The position numbers were made by a program, and so were the translations under genes. From the NCBI RefSeq assembly GCF_009914755.1, contig NC_060931.1: a stretch of 64,000 nucleotides of DNA. One strand, written 5' to 3'. Positions within the stretch are counted from its first letter, which is position 1; each line of letters begins with the position of its first letter. The notes under the pieces are model-generated. The model saw nothing but the letters and a program-made list of their open reading frames with translations, was not told the origin of the DNA and searched no databases. This stretch comes from the human T2T-CHM13v2.0 reference genome, Homo sapiens. Shown piece after piece: positions 45,741 to 64,000 of the stretch.

Positions 45741-46130
45741 TGTAGTTTTTGCTCCCTGGGGCTGTCATTATAAAGCACAGCAATCTCCGTGCCTTACAAT
45801 AACAGAAATGGATTGCCTTGCTGTCCTGGAGGCCAGAATCTAAAACCGAGGTGTCACAGGGCCATGATCCCTCTGAAGTCGCCAGGGAAGGGTCTGTCCC
45901 AGGCCTGTTTCCTGGTTGCGGGTGGTTGGTGGCAATCTCTGGCGTTCCTGGGCTGGTAGACGCTTTGCCTCCATCTTTACTTCATCTCGCTGTGGGTGTG
46001 TCTGTCTCTGTGTTGGGTTAGGACCCATGCTAGTGACCTCAGTTTAACTCGATCCCCTGCAAAAACCCTATCTCCAAATAAGGCCAACTTCTGGGGCACT
46101 GGGGATTAGGGTTCAGTTCAGCTCACAACA
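45741..46130. mobile_element. MLT1-type MaLR LTR
   Basis: TG...CA ends; aacagaaatggattgcc...ctggaggccagaatctaaaacc; aaaaccctatctccaaataaggcc; cagttcagctcacaaca. Confidence 0.7.
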
Positions 46131-46199
46131 GAAAGGAATGAGGGGAGACCCTGCCGGGGTGGGGCATGAGGAGCAGACCTTTCAAAATTAAAAAGAAAT

Positions 46200-47240
<1,041 letters not shown>

Positions 47241-47897
47241 TTGCTAATAGCTGGAACAAAACGGCAAGGGAGGAAACAAGTGAGGAGAAGGGGGGTTGTG
47301 ACCGCAACTGCTTCTGCCTCCTTCTCTTCCATCCCCATCCTCCCACCTCCCATGGCCCTCCAGTGGGGAGGTAGTTGCCTGGTCTGCGGGGCCTCAACCC
47401 AACCCATTGCCCTAACCTTCTGAGATCAGATGAACGCTTTGGCTTCAACATGAACAATCTATTTCTCTGTAATTGGTCAAAATTAATGGAGAATAGCACT
47501 TGAGCACTGATCTTTTATTTCACTCCCAAACCTCCTCCCTGCTCTGTCTCCTCCTTTTTTTTTTTTTTTTTTTTCTGAGATGGCGCCTTGCCCTGTCGCC
47601 CAGGCTGGAGTGCTGTAGCGTGATGTCAGCTCACTGCAACCTCCACCTCCATCTTGATGGGAGGGAGCAGGCCTTCTTTTAAAAAAAGAAATCGTTGACC
47701 AGGAGCAGTGGTTTATGTCTGTAATCTCAGCATTTTGGGAGGCTGGCACACTCTGTCTTAGGTGACTGACCACGGCCACCAGCACCCCACTTGAGGACTG
47801 CACTCCAGCCTGGGTAACAGACGGAGACCACGTCTCTAAAAAAAAGAAAAATTTAATGGGTTTGGGGAGAACAGAGCCAACATAAAAACAATTAGAG

Positions 47898-48800
<903 letters not shown>

Positions 48801-49359
48801 CAGTTATGGAGGAGCCCACACGGTAGATGTTGTGGAACTGAGTGCTTGCTGTGTGTGGTGGACTCACCCCAATAACACTGTCCAAGTCCCAGTCCCTTCT
48901 CTCCCCTTGTCTCCTATACTCACCCCTGCAAAGCTTTTTTACTTCCCTCTGACTCCACCCTCTTCCCACCTCTTAGGGGTCAGTGGATCAGGGCCTACCG
49001 GGCACAGTGGAGTGAAGGTGCTCACGGGGAGCCCTTGGCCTCCTATATCTGCCTGGATTTACCTGCAGGGGCCAGGCCCAGGCAGGGACAGGGGTATGCT
49101 GTTTCCAGGAAGTCCTGCTGTGGGCCTGGGCCTATGGCCTGGCTTTGCCATAAGGAGGGCTGGCTATGGAATCCATGAAGCCTCGTTGGCCTTGGTAACT
49201 TGGCCTTGTCACTCCATCCCTGGCACACTCTGTCTTAGGTAGCCAACCCCAGCCACTAGCACCCCACAGACTAAGCGACTTCATGCAGCTCATAGTGCTG
49301 AGATAATGGGGCTGAGACCTCTCATCTGGTTCTAGACGAAACTGGTTACATAATTTTAG

Positions 49360-53705
<4,346 letters not shown>

Positions 53706-53909
53706 TGCACAATTTGACATTGCTGGACCTCCTCCAGGCTGGGGAGCAAATCCCCTGTACCATCTTCTTGCTTTACTTTCTGGGGCAGGGTCCTGATGGC
53801 TGATTTCTAACTAAAATCAGCAGGCTGGTTCAGGGGCCAGGGACTTTCCAGGGCAGGGAGTAGAGACTCAGAGTCTTCAAGAGAATGAAGGAAGATCATG
53901 GCTCTGGGA

Positions 53910-53916
53910 TACTAAC
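53910..53916 (+). promoter_or_regulatory. Optimal branch-point sequence TACTAAC before MUC17 exon 2
   Basis: Perfect U2-complementary heptamer ~20 nt upstream of the AG, followed by a clean pyrimidine tract. Confidence 0.8.
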
Positions 53917-53935
53917 TCCCCTTTGTCTCTTTCAG

Positions 53936-54037
53936 ACCTCAGTGTGAACAGGGCTGTGTGGGATGGAGGAGGGTGCATCTCCCAAGGGGACGTCTTGAAC
54001 CGTCAGTGCCAGCAGCTGTCTCAGCACGTTAGGACAG
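53936..54037 (+). CDS. MUC17: MUC17 exon 2 (DLSVNRAVWDGGGCISQGDVLNRQCQQLSQHVRT)
   Basis: tctctttcAG acceptor, CAG|GTAAGG donor, 102 nt, phase 1-1. Confidence 0.93.
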
Positions 54038-54416
54038 GTAAGGCAACAGACTCCAAGATCTATCTGGGAAGGTGGCTCACCTGCGAAAGGGCTAGAGCGA
54101 CCCCTGCCAGGCTGGTGAAGCTGCCATATTTTACAGTGTGTGACGGCTTGAGATCTGGGGCCAGGAATTACAAGGCAGATGTGGAATCACCCAGGCAGGG
54201 ACTGTGGAGGAAAGGGGTCGAGTTCAATTCCTAACTGCATAGAAGGGAAGGCAGGAGAGACTAACACACTGGAGAAACTAATTCCACTTCTTCCTGAAAA
54301 CGGATGACATCCCTTATCTGAACACATTTTCAGTAAAAAGCCCAACTACAACAATCACTCCTGACATACAGAACCCTAAGAAACTTCTAAACAAAATATC
54401 ATTGTATCTTAAACAG

Positions 54417-57400
54417 GTTCTGCGGCAAACACCGCCACAGGTACAACATCTACAAATGTCGTGGAGCCAAGAATGTATTTGAGTTGCAGCACCAACCCTG
54501 AGATGACCTCGATTGAGTCCAGTGTGACTTCAGACACTCCTGGTGTCTCCAGTACCAGGATGACACCAACAGAATCCAGAACAACTTCAGAATCTACCAG
54601 TGACAGCACCACACTTTTCCCCAGTTCTACTGAAGACACTTCATCTCCTACAACTCCTGAAGGCACCGACGTGCCCATGTCAACACCAAGTGAAGAAAGC
54701 ATTTCATCAACAATGGCTTTTGTCAGCACTGCACCTCTTCCCAGTTTTGAGGCCTACACATCTTTAACATATAAGGTTGATATGAGCACACCTCTGACCA
54801 CTTCTACTCAGGCAAGTTCATCTCCTACTACTCCTGAAAGCACCACCATACCCAAATCAACTAACAGTGAAGGAAGCACTCCATTAACAAGTATGCCTGC
54901 CAGCACCATGAAGGTGGCCAGTTCAGAGGCTATCACCCTTTTGACAACTCCTGTTGAAATCAGCACACCTGTGACCATTTCTGCTCAAGCCAGTTCATCT
55001 CCTACAACTGCTGAAGGTCCCAGCCTGTCAAACTCAGCTCCTAGTGGAGGAAGCACTCCATTAACAAGAATGCCTCTCAGCGTGATGCTGGTGGTCAGTT
55101 CTGAGGCTAGCACCCTTTCAACAACTCCTGCTGCCACCAACATTCCTGTGATCACTTCTACTGAAGCCAGTTCATCTCCTACAACGGCTGAAGGCACCAG
55201 CATACCAACCTCAACTTATACTGAAGGAAGCACTCCATTAACAAGTACGCCTGCCAGCACCATGCCGGTTGCCACTTCTGAAATGAGCACACTTTCAATA
55301 ACTCCTGTTGACACCAGCACACTTGTGACCACTTCTACTGAACCCAGTTCACTTCCTACAACTGCTGAAGCTACCAGCATGCTAACCTCAACTCTTAGTG
55401 AAGGAAGCACTCCATTAACAAATATGCCTGTCAGCACCATATTGGTGGCCAGTTCTGAGGCTAGCACCACTTCAACAATTCCTGTTGACTCCAAAACTTT
55501 TGTGACCACTGCTAGTGAAGCCAGCTCATCTCCCACAACTGCTGAAGATACCAGCATTGCAACCTCAACTCCTAGTGAAGGAAGCACTCCATTAACAAGT
55601 ATGCCTGTCAGCACCACTCCAGTGGCCAGTTCTGAGGCTAGCAACCTTTCAACAACTCCTGTTGACTCCAAAACTCAGGTGACCACTTCTACTGAAGCCA
55701 GTTCATCTCCTCCAACTGCTGAAGTTAACAGCATGCCAACCTCAACTCCTAGTGAAGGAAGCACTCCATTAACAAGTATGTCTGTCAGCACCATGCCGGT
55801 GGCCAGTTCTGAGGCTAGCACCCTTTCAACAACTCCTGTTGACACCAGCACACCTGTGACCACTTCTAGTGAAGCCAGTTCATCTTCTACAACTCCTGAA
55901 GGTACCAGCATACCAACCTCAACTCCTAGTGAAGGAAGCACTCCATTAACAAACATGCCTGTCAGCACCAGGCTGGTGGTCAGTTCTGAGGCTAGCACCA
56001 CTTCAACAACTCCTGCTGACTCCAACACTTTTGTGACCACTTCTAGTGAAGCTAGTTCATCTTCTACAACTGCTGAAGGTACCAGCATGCCAACCTCAAC
56101 TTACAGTGAAAGAGGCACTACAATAACAAGTATGTCTGTCAGCACCACACTGGTGGCCAGTTCTGAGGCTAGCACCCTTTCAACAACTCCTGTTGACTCC
56201 AACACTCCTGTGACCACTTCAACTGAAGCCACTTCATCTTCTACAACTGCGGAAGGTACCAGCATGCCAACCTCAACTTATACTGAAGGAAGCACTCCAT
56301 TAACAAGTATGCCTGTCAACACCACACTGGTGGCCAGTTCTGAGGCTAGCACCCTTTCAACAACTCCTGTTGACACCAGCACACCTGTGACCACTTCAAC
56401 TGAAGCCAGTTCCTCTCCTACAACTGCTGATGGTGCCAGTATGCCAACCTCAACTCCTAGTGAAGGAAGCACTCCATTAACAAGTATGCCTGTCAGCAAA
56501 ACGCTGTTGACCAGTTCTGAGGCTAGCACCCTTTCAACAACTCCTCTTGACACAAGCACACATATCACCACTTCTACTGAAGCCAGTTGCTCTCCTACAA
56601 CCACTGAAGGTACCAGCATGCCAATCTCAACTCCTAGTGAAGGAAGTCCTTTATTAACAAGTATACCTGTCAGCATCACACCGGTGACCAGTCCTGAGGC
56701 TAGCACCCTTTCAACAACTCCTGTTGACTCCAACAGTCCTGTGACCACTTCTACTGAAGTCAGTTCATCTCCTACACCTGCTGAAGGTACCAGCATGCCA
56801 ACCTCAACTTATAGTGAAGGAAGAACTCCTTTAACAAGTATGCCTGTCAGCACCACACTGGTGGCCACTTCTGCAATCAGCACCCTTTCAACAACTCCTG
56901 TTGACACCAGCACACCTGTGACCAATTCTACTGAAGCCCGTTCGTCTCCTACAACTTCTGAAGGTACCAGCATGCCAACCTCAACTCCTGGGGAAGGAAG
57001 CACTCCATTAACAAGTATGCCTGACAGCACCACGCCGGTAGTCAGTTCTGAGGCTAGAACACTTTCAGCAACTCCTGTTGACACCAGCACACCTGTGACC
57101 ACTTCTACTGAAGCCACTTCATCTCCTACAACTGCTGAAGGTACCAGCATACCAACCTCGACTCCTAGTGAAGGAACGACTCCATTAACAAGCACACCTG
57201 TCAGCCACACGCTGGTGGCCAATTCTGAGGCTAGCACCCTTTCAACAACTCCTGTTGACTCCAACACTCCTTTGACCACTTCTACTGAAGCCAGTTCACC
57301 TCCTCCCACTGCTGAAGGTACCAGCATGCCAACCTCAACTCCTAGTGAAGGAAGCACTCCATTAACACGTATGCCTGTCAGCACCACAATGGTGGCCAGT

Positions 57401-60400
57401 TCTGAAACGAGCACACTTTCAACAACTCCTGCTGACACCAGCACACCTGTGACCACTTATTCTCAAGCCAGTTCATCTTCTACAACTGCTGACGGTACCA
57501 GCATGCCAACCTCAACTTATAGTGAAGGAAGCACTCCACTAACAAGTGTGCCTGTCAGCACCAGGCTGGTGGTCAGTTCTGAGGCTAGCACCCTTTCCAC
57601 AACTCCTGTCGACACCAGCATACCTGTCACCACTTCTACTGAAGCCAGTTCATCTCCTACAACTGCTGAAGGTACCAGCATACCAACCTCACCTCCCAGT
57701 GAAGGAACCACTCCGTTAGCAAGTATGCCTGTCAGCACCACGCTGGTGGTCAGTTCTGAGGCTAACACCCTTTCAACAACTCCTGTGGACTCCAAAACTC
57801 AGGTGGCCACTTCTACTGAAGCCAGTTCACCTCCTCCAACTGCTGAAGTTACCAGCATGCCAACCTCAACTCCTGGAGAAAGAAGCACTCCATTAACAAG
57901 TATGCCTGTCAGACACACGCCAGTGGCCAGTTCTGAGGCTAGCACCCTTTCAACATCTCCCGTTGACACCAGCACACCTGTGACCACTTCTGCTGAAACC
58001 AGTTCCTCTCCTACAACCGCTGAAGGTACCAGCTTGCCAACCTCAACTACTAGTGAAGGAAGTACTCTATTAACAAGTATACCTGTCAGCACCACGCTGG
58101 TGACCAGTCCTGAGGCTAGCACCCTTTTAACAACTCCTGTTGACACTAAAGGTCCTGTGGTCACTTCTAATGAAGTCAGTTCATCTCCTACACCTGCTGA
58201 AGGTACCAGCATGCCAACCTCAACTTATAGTGAAGGAAGAACTCCTTTAACAAGTATACCTGTCAACACCACACTGGTGGCCAGTTCTGCAATCAGCATC
58301 CTTTCAACAACTCCTGTTGACAACAGCACACCTGTGACCACTTCTACTGAAGCCTGTTCATCTCCTACAACTTCTGAAGGTACCAGCATGCCAAACTCAA
58401 ATCCTAGTGAAGGAACCACTCCGTTAACAAGTATACCTGTCAGCACCACGCCGGTAGTCAGTTCTGAGGCTAGCACCCTTTCAGCAACTCCTGTTGACAC
58501 CAGCACCCCTGGGACCACTTCTGCTGAAGCCACTTCATCTCCTACAACTGCTGAAGGTATCAGCATACCAACCTCAACTCCTAGTGAAGGAAAGACTCCA
58601 TTAAAAAGTATACCTGTCAGCAACACGCCGGTGGCCAATTCTGAGGCTAGCACCCTTTCAACAACTCCTGTTGACTCTAACAGTCCTGTGGTCACTTCTA
58701 CAGCAGTCAGTTCATCTCCTACACCTGCTGAAGGTACCAGCATAGCAATCTCAACGCCTAGTGAAGGAAGCACTGCATTAACAAGTATACCTGTCAGCAC
58801 CACAACAGTGGCCAGTTCTGAAATCAACAGCCTTTCAACAACTCCTGCTGTCACCAGCACACCTGTGACCACTTATTCTCAAGCCAGTTCATCTCCTACA
58901 ACTGCTGACGGTACCAGCATGCAAACCTCAACTTATAGTGAAGGAAGCACTCCACTAACAAGTTTGCCTGTCAGCACCATGCTGGTGGTCAGTTCTGAGG
59001 CTAACACCCTTTCAACAACCCCTATTGACTCCAAAACTCAGGTGACCGCTTCTACTGAAGCCAGTTCATCTACAACCGCTGAAGGTAGCAGCATGACAAT
59101 CTCAACTCCTAGTGAAGGAAGTCCTCTATTAACAAGTATACCTGTCAGCACCACGCCGGTGGCCAGTCCTGAGGCTAGCACCCTTTCAACAACTCCTGTT
59201 GACTCCAACAGTCCTGTGATCACTTCTACTGAAGTCAGTTCATCTCCTACACCTGCTGAAGGTACCAGCATGCCAACCTCAACTTATACTGAAGGAAGAA
59301 CTCCTTTAACAAGTATAACTGTCAGAACAACACCGGTGGCCAGCTCTGCAATCAGCACCCTTTCAACAACTCCCGTTGACAACAGCACACCTGTGACCAC
59401 TTCTACTGAAGCCCGTTCATCTCCTACAACTTCTGAAGGTACCAGCATGCCAAACTCAACTCCTAGTGAAGGAACCACTCCATTAACAAGTATACCTGTC
59501 AGCACCACGCCGGTACTCAGTTCTGAGGCTAGCACCCTTTCAGCAACTCCTATTGACACCAGCACCCCTGTGACCACTTCTACTGAAGCCACTTCGTCTC
59601 CTACAACTGCTGAAGGTACCAGCATACCAACCTCGACTCTTAGTGAAGGAATGACTCCATTAACAAGCACACCTGTCAGCCACACGCTGGTGGCCAATTC
59701 TGAGGCTAGCACCCTTTCAACAACTCCTGTTGACTCTAACAGTCCTGTGGTCACTTCTACAGCAGTCAGTTCATCTCCTACACCTGCTGAAGGTACCAGC
59801 ATAGCAACCTCAACGCCTAGTGAAGGAAGCACTGCATTAACAAGTATACCTGTCAGCACCACAACAGTGGCCAGTTCTGAAACCAACACCCTTTCAACAA
59901 CTCCCGCTGTCACCAGCACACCTGTGACCACTTATGCTCAAGTCAGTTCATCTCCTACAACTGCTGACGGTAGCAGCATGCCAACCTCAACTCCTAGGGA
60001 AGGAAGGCCTCCATTAACAAGTATACCTGTCAGCACCACAACAGTGGCCAGTTCTGAAATCAACACCCTTTCAACAACTCTTGCTGACACCAGGACACCT
60101 GTGACCACTTATTCTCAAGCCAGTTCATCTCCTACAACTGCTGATGGTACCAGCATGCCAACCCCAGCTTATAGTGAAGGAAGCACTCCACTAACAAGTA
60201 TGCCTCTCAGCACCACGCTGGTGGTCAGTTCTGAGGCTAGCACTCTTTCCACAACTCCTGTTGACACCAGCACTCCTGCCACCACTTCTACTGAAGGCAG
60301 TTCATCTCCTACAACTGCAGGAGGTACCAGCATACAAACCTCAACTCCTAGTGAACGGACCACTCCATTAGCAGGTATGCCTGTCAGCACTACGCTTGTG

Positions 60401-63400
60401 GTCAGTTCTGAGGGTAACACCCTTTCAACAACTCCTGTTGACTCCAAAACTCAGGTGACCAATTCTACTGAAGCCAGTTCATCTGCAACCGCTGAAGGTA
60501 GCAGCATGACAATCTCAGCTCCTAGTGAAGGAAGTCCTCTACTAACAAGTATACCTCTCAGCACCACGCCGGTGGCCAGTCCTGAGGCTAGCACCCTTTC
60601 AACAACTCCTGTTGACTCCAACAGTCCTGTGATCACTTCTACTGAAGTCAGTTCATCTCCTATACCTACTGAAGGTACCAGCATGCAAACCTCAACTTAT
60701 AGTGACAGAAGAACTCCTTTAACAAGTATGCCTGTCAGCACCACAGTGGTGGCCAGTTCTGCAATCAGCACCCTTTCAACAACTCCTGTTGACACCAGCA
60801 CACCTGTGACCAATTCTACTGAAGCCCGTTCATCTCCTACAACTTCTGAAGGTACCAGCATGCCAACCTCAACTCCTAGTGAAGGAAGCACTCCATTCAC
60901 AAGTATGCCTGTCAGCACCATGCCGGTAGTTACTTCTGAGGCTAGCACCCTTTCAGCAACTCCTGTTGACACCAGCACACCTGTGACCACTTCTACTGAA
61001 GCCACTTCATCTCCTACAACTGCTGAAGGTACCAGCATACCAACTTCAACTCTTAGTGAAGGAACGACTCCATTAACAAGTATACCTGTCAGCCACACGC
61101 TGGTGGCCAATTCTGAGGTTAGCACCCTTTCAACAACTCCTGTTGACTCCAACACTCCTTTCACTACTTCTACTGAAGCCAGTTCACCTCCTCCCACTGC
61201 TGAAGGTACCAGCATGCCAACCTCAACTTCTAGTGAAGGAAACACTCCATTAACACGTATGCCTGTCAGCACCACAATGGTGGCCAGTTTTGAAACAAGC
61301 ACACTTTCTACAACTCCTGCTGACACCAGCACACCTGTGACTACTTATTCTCAAGCCGGTTCATCTCCTACAACTGCTGACGATACTAGCATGCCAACCT
61401 CAACTTATAGTGAAGGAAGCACTCCACTAACAAGTGTGCCTGTCAGCACCATGCCGGTGGTCAGTTCTGAGGCTAGCACCCATTCCACAACTCCTGTTGA
61501 CACCAGCACACCTGTCACCACTTCTACTGAAGCCAGTTCATCTCCTACAACTGCTGAAGGTACCAGCATACCAACCTCACCTCCTAGTGAAGGAACCACT
61601 CCGTTAGCAAGTATGCCTGTCAGCACCACGCCGGTGGTCAGTTCTGAGGCTGGCACCCTTTCCACAACTCCTGTTGACACCAGCACACCTATGACCACTT
61701 CTACTGAAGCCAGTTCATCTCCTACAACTGCTGAAGATATCGTCGTGCCAATCTCAACTGCTAGTGAAGGAAGTACTCTATTAACAAGTATACCTGTCAG
61801 CACCACGCCAGTGGCCAGTCCTGAGGCTAGCACCCTTTCAACAACTCCTGTTGACTCCAACAGTCCTGTGGTCACTTCTACTGAAATCAGTTCATCTGCT
61901 ACATCCGCTGAAGGTACCAGCATGCCTACCTCAACTTATAGTGAAGGAAGCACTCCATTAAGAAGTATGCCTGTCAGCACCAAGCCGTTGGCCAGTTCTG
62001 AGGCTAGCACTCTTTCAACAACTCCTGTTGACACCAGCATACCTGTCACCACTTCTACTGAAACCAGTTCATCTCCTACAACTGCAAAAGATACCAGCAT
62101 GCCAATCTCAACTCCTAGTGAAGTAAGTACTTCATTAACAAGTATACTTGTCAGCACCATGCCAGTGGCCAGTTCTGAGGCTAGCACCCTTTCAACAACT
62201 CCTGTTGACACCAGGACACTTGTGACCACTTCCACTGGAACCAGTTCATCTCCTACAACTGCTGAAGGTAGCAGCATGCCAACCTCAACTCCTGGTGAAA
62301 GAAGCACTCCATTAACAAATATACTTGTCAGCACCACGCTGTTGGCCAATTCTGAGGCTAGCACCCTTTCAACAACTCCTGTTGACACCAGCACACCTGT
62401 CACCACTTCTGCTGAAGCCAGTTCTTCTCCTACAACTGCTGAAGGTACCAGCATGCGAATCTCAACTCCTAGTGATGGAAGTACTCCATTAACAAGTATA
62501 CTTGTCAGCACCCTGCCAGTGGCCAGTTCTGAGGCTAGCACCGTTTCAACAACTGCTGTTGACACCAGCATACCTGTCACCACTTCTACTGAAGCCAGTT
62601 CCTCTCCTACAACTGCTGAAGTTACCAGCATGCCAACCTCAACTCCTAGTGAAACAAGTACTCCATTAACTAGTATGCCTGTCAACCACACGCCAGTGGC
62701 CAGTTCTGAGGCTGGCACCCTTTCAACAACTCCTGTTGACACCAGCACACCTGTGACCACTTCTACTAAAGCCAGTTCATCTCCTACAACTGCTGAAGGT
62801 ATCGTCGTGCCAATCTCAACTGCTAGTGAAGGAAGTACTCTATTAACAAGTATACCTGTCAGCACCACGCCGGTGGCCAGTTCTGAGGCTAGCACCCTTT
62901 CAACAACTCCTGTTGATACCAGCATACCTGTCACCACTTCTACTGAAGGCAGTTCTTCTCCTACAACTGCTGAAGGTACCAGCATGCCAATCTCAACTCC
63001 TAGTGAAGTAAGTACTCCATTAACAAGTATACTTGTCAGCACCGTGCCAGTGGCCGGTTCTGAGGCTAGCACCCTTTCAACAACTCCTGTTGACACCAGG
63101 ACACCTGTCACCACTTCTGCTGAAGCTAGTTCTTCTCCTACAACTGCTGAAGGTACCAGCATGCCAATCTCAACTCCTGGCGAAAGAAGAACTCCATTAA
63201 CAAGTATGTCTGTCAGCACCATGCCGGTGGCCAGTTCTGAGGCTAGCACCCTTTCAAGAACTCCTGCTGACACCAGCACACCTGTGACCACTTCTACTGA
63301 AGCCAGTTCCTCTCCTACAACTGCTGAAGGTACCGGCATACCAATCTCAACTCCTAGTGAAGGAAGTACTCCATTAACAAGTATACCTGTCAGCACCACG

Positions 63401-64000
63401 CCAGTGGCCATTCCTGAGGCTAGCACCCTTTCAACAACTCCTGTTGACTCCAACAGTCCTGTGGTCACTTCTACTGAAGTCAGTTCATCTCCTACACCTG
63501 CTGAAGGTACCAGCATGCCAATCTCAACTTATAGTGAAGGAAGCACTCCATTAACAGGTGTGCCTGTCAGCACCACACCGGTGACCAGTTCTGCAATCAG
63601 CACCCTTTCAACAACTCCTGTTGACACCAGCACACCTGTGACCACTTCTACTGAAGCCCATTCATCTCCTACAACTTCTGAAGGTACCAGCATGCCAACC
63701 TCAACTCCTAGTGAAGGAAGTACTCCATTAACATATATGCCTGTCAGCACCATGCTGGTAGTCAGTTCTGAGGATAGCACCCTTTCAGCAACTCCTGTTG
63801 ACACCAGCACACCTGTGACCACTTCTACTGAAGCCACTTCATCTACAACTGCTGAAGGTACCAGCATTCCAACCTCAACTCCTAGTGAAGGAATGACTCC
63901 ATTAACTAGTGTACCTGTCAGCAACACGCCGGTGGCCAGTTCTGAGGCTAGCATCCTTTCAACAACTCCTGTTGACTCCAACACTCCTTTGACCACTTCT
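54417..64000 (+). CDS. MUC17: MUC17 exon 3, PTS mucin domain, continues beyond window
   Basis: aaacAG acceptor; GSAANTATGTTSTNVVEPRMYLSCSTNPEMTSIES... then 59-aa repeats. Same frame at 54419 and at the window end; missing from the ORF track, consistent with no stop before the edge. Confidence 0.95.
54800..64000 (+). repeat. MUC17 degenerate 177-bp (59-aa) tandem repeat, ~52 units in window
   Basis: GAAGGAAGCACTCCATTAACAAG-like motif recurs every 177 bp; a few 174-bp units lack one codon (~59065, ~60480, ~63840). Confidence 0.96.

Noticed and set aside
54409-63996. Minus-strand Val-rich ORFs up to 526 aa
   Set aside because: Antisense shadow of the MUC17 PTS repeat.

Overview
Human (Alu-rich primate) genomic DNA from the chromosome 7q22 transmembrane mucin cluster, with two + strand genes in tandem. 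The first is the 3' part of MUC12: the end of its giant Pro/Thr/Ser (PTS) exon (1-28255) and ten downstream exons (EGF-like, SEA with GSIVV, second Cys-rich/EGF-like domain, TM, cytoplasmic tail ending ...ASTV*), with polyA signal at 41729. The second is the 5' part of MUC17: ATG 42952, exon 2, and a 177-bp-repeat PTS exon from 54417 that runs off the window. The MUC12 PTS exon holds at least 8 near-identical 3,249-bp (1,083-aa) units plus a diverging ninth. One unit (the 7th) carries a CGA>TGA nonsense change at 20044, upstream of all membrane-anchoring exons; this is the most notable observation. Others: a three-level repeat hierarchy in MUC12, an 8-mer higher-order pattern in MUC17, a 41-bp G4-prone VNTR filling the last MUC12 intron, signs of an antisense exon, and a ~300-bp patchwork of three locally copied fragments in MUC17 intron 1. 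I see no evidence of a wholly new gene family. Exon numbers assume the MUC12 PTS exon is exon 2; interspersed-repeat boundaries and subfamilies were judged by eye.
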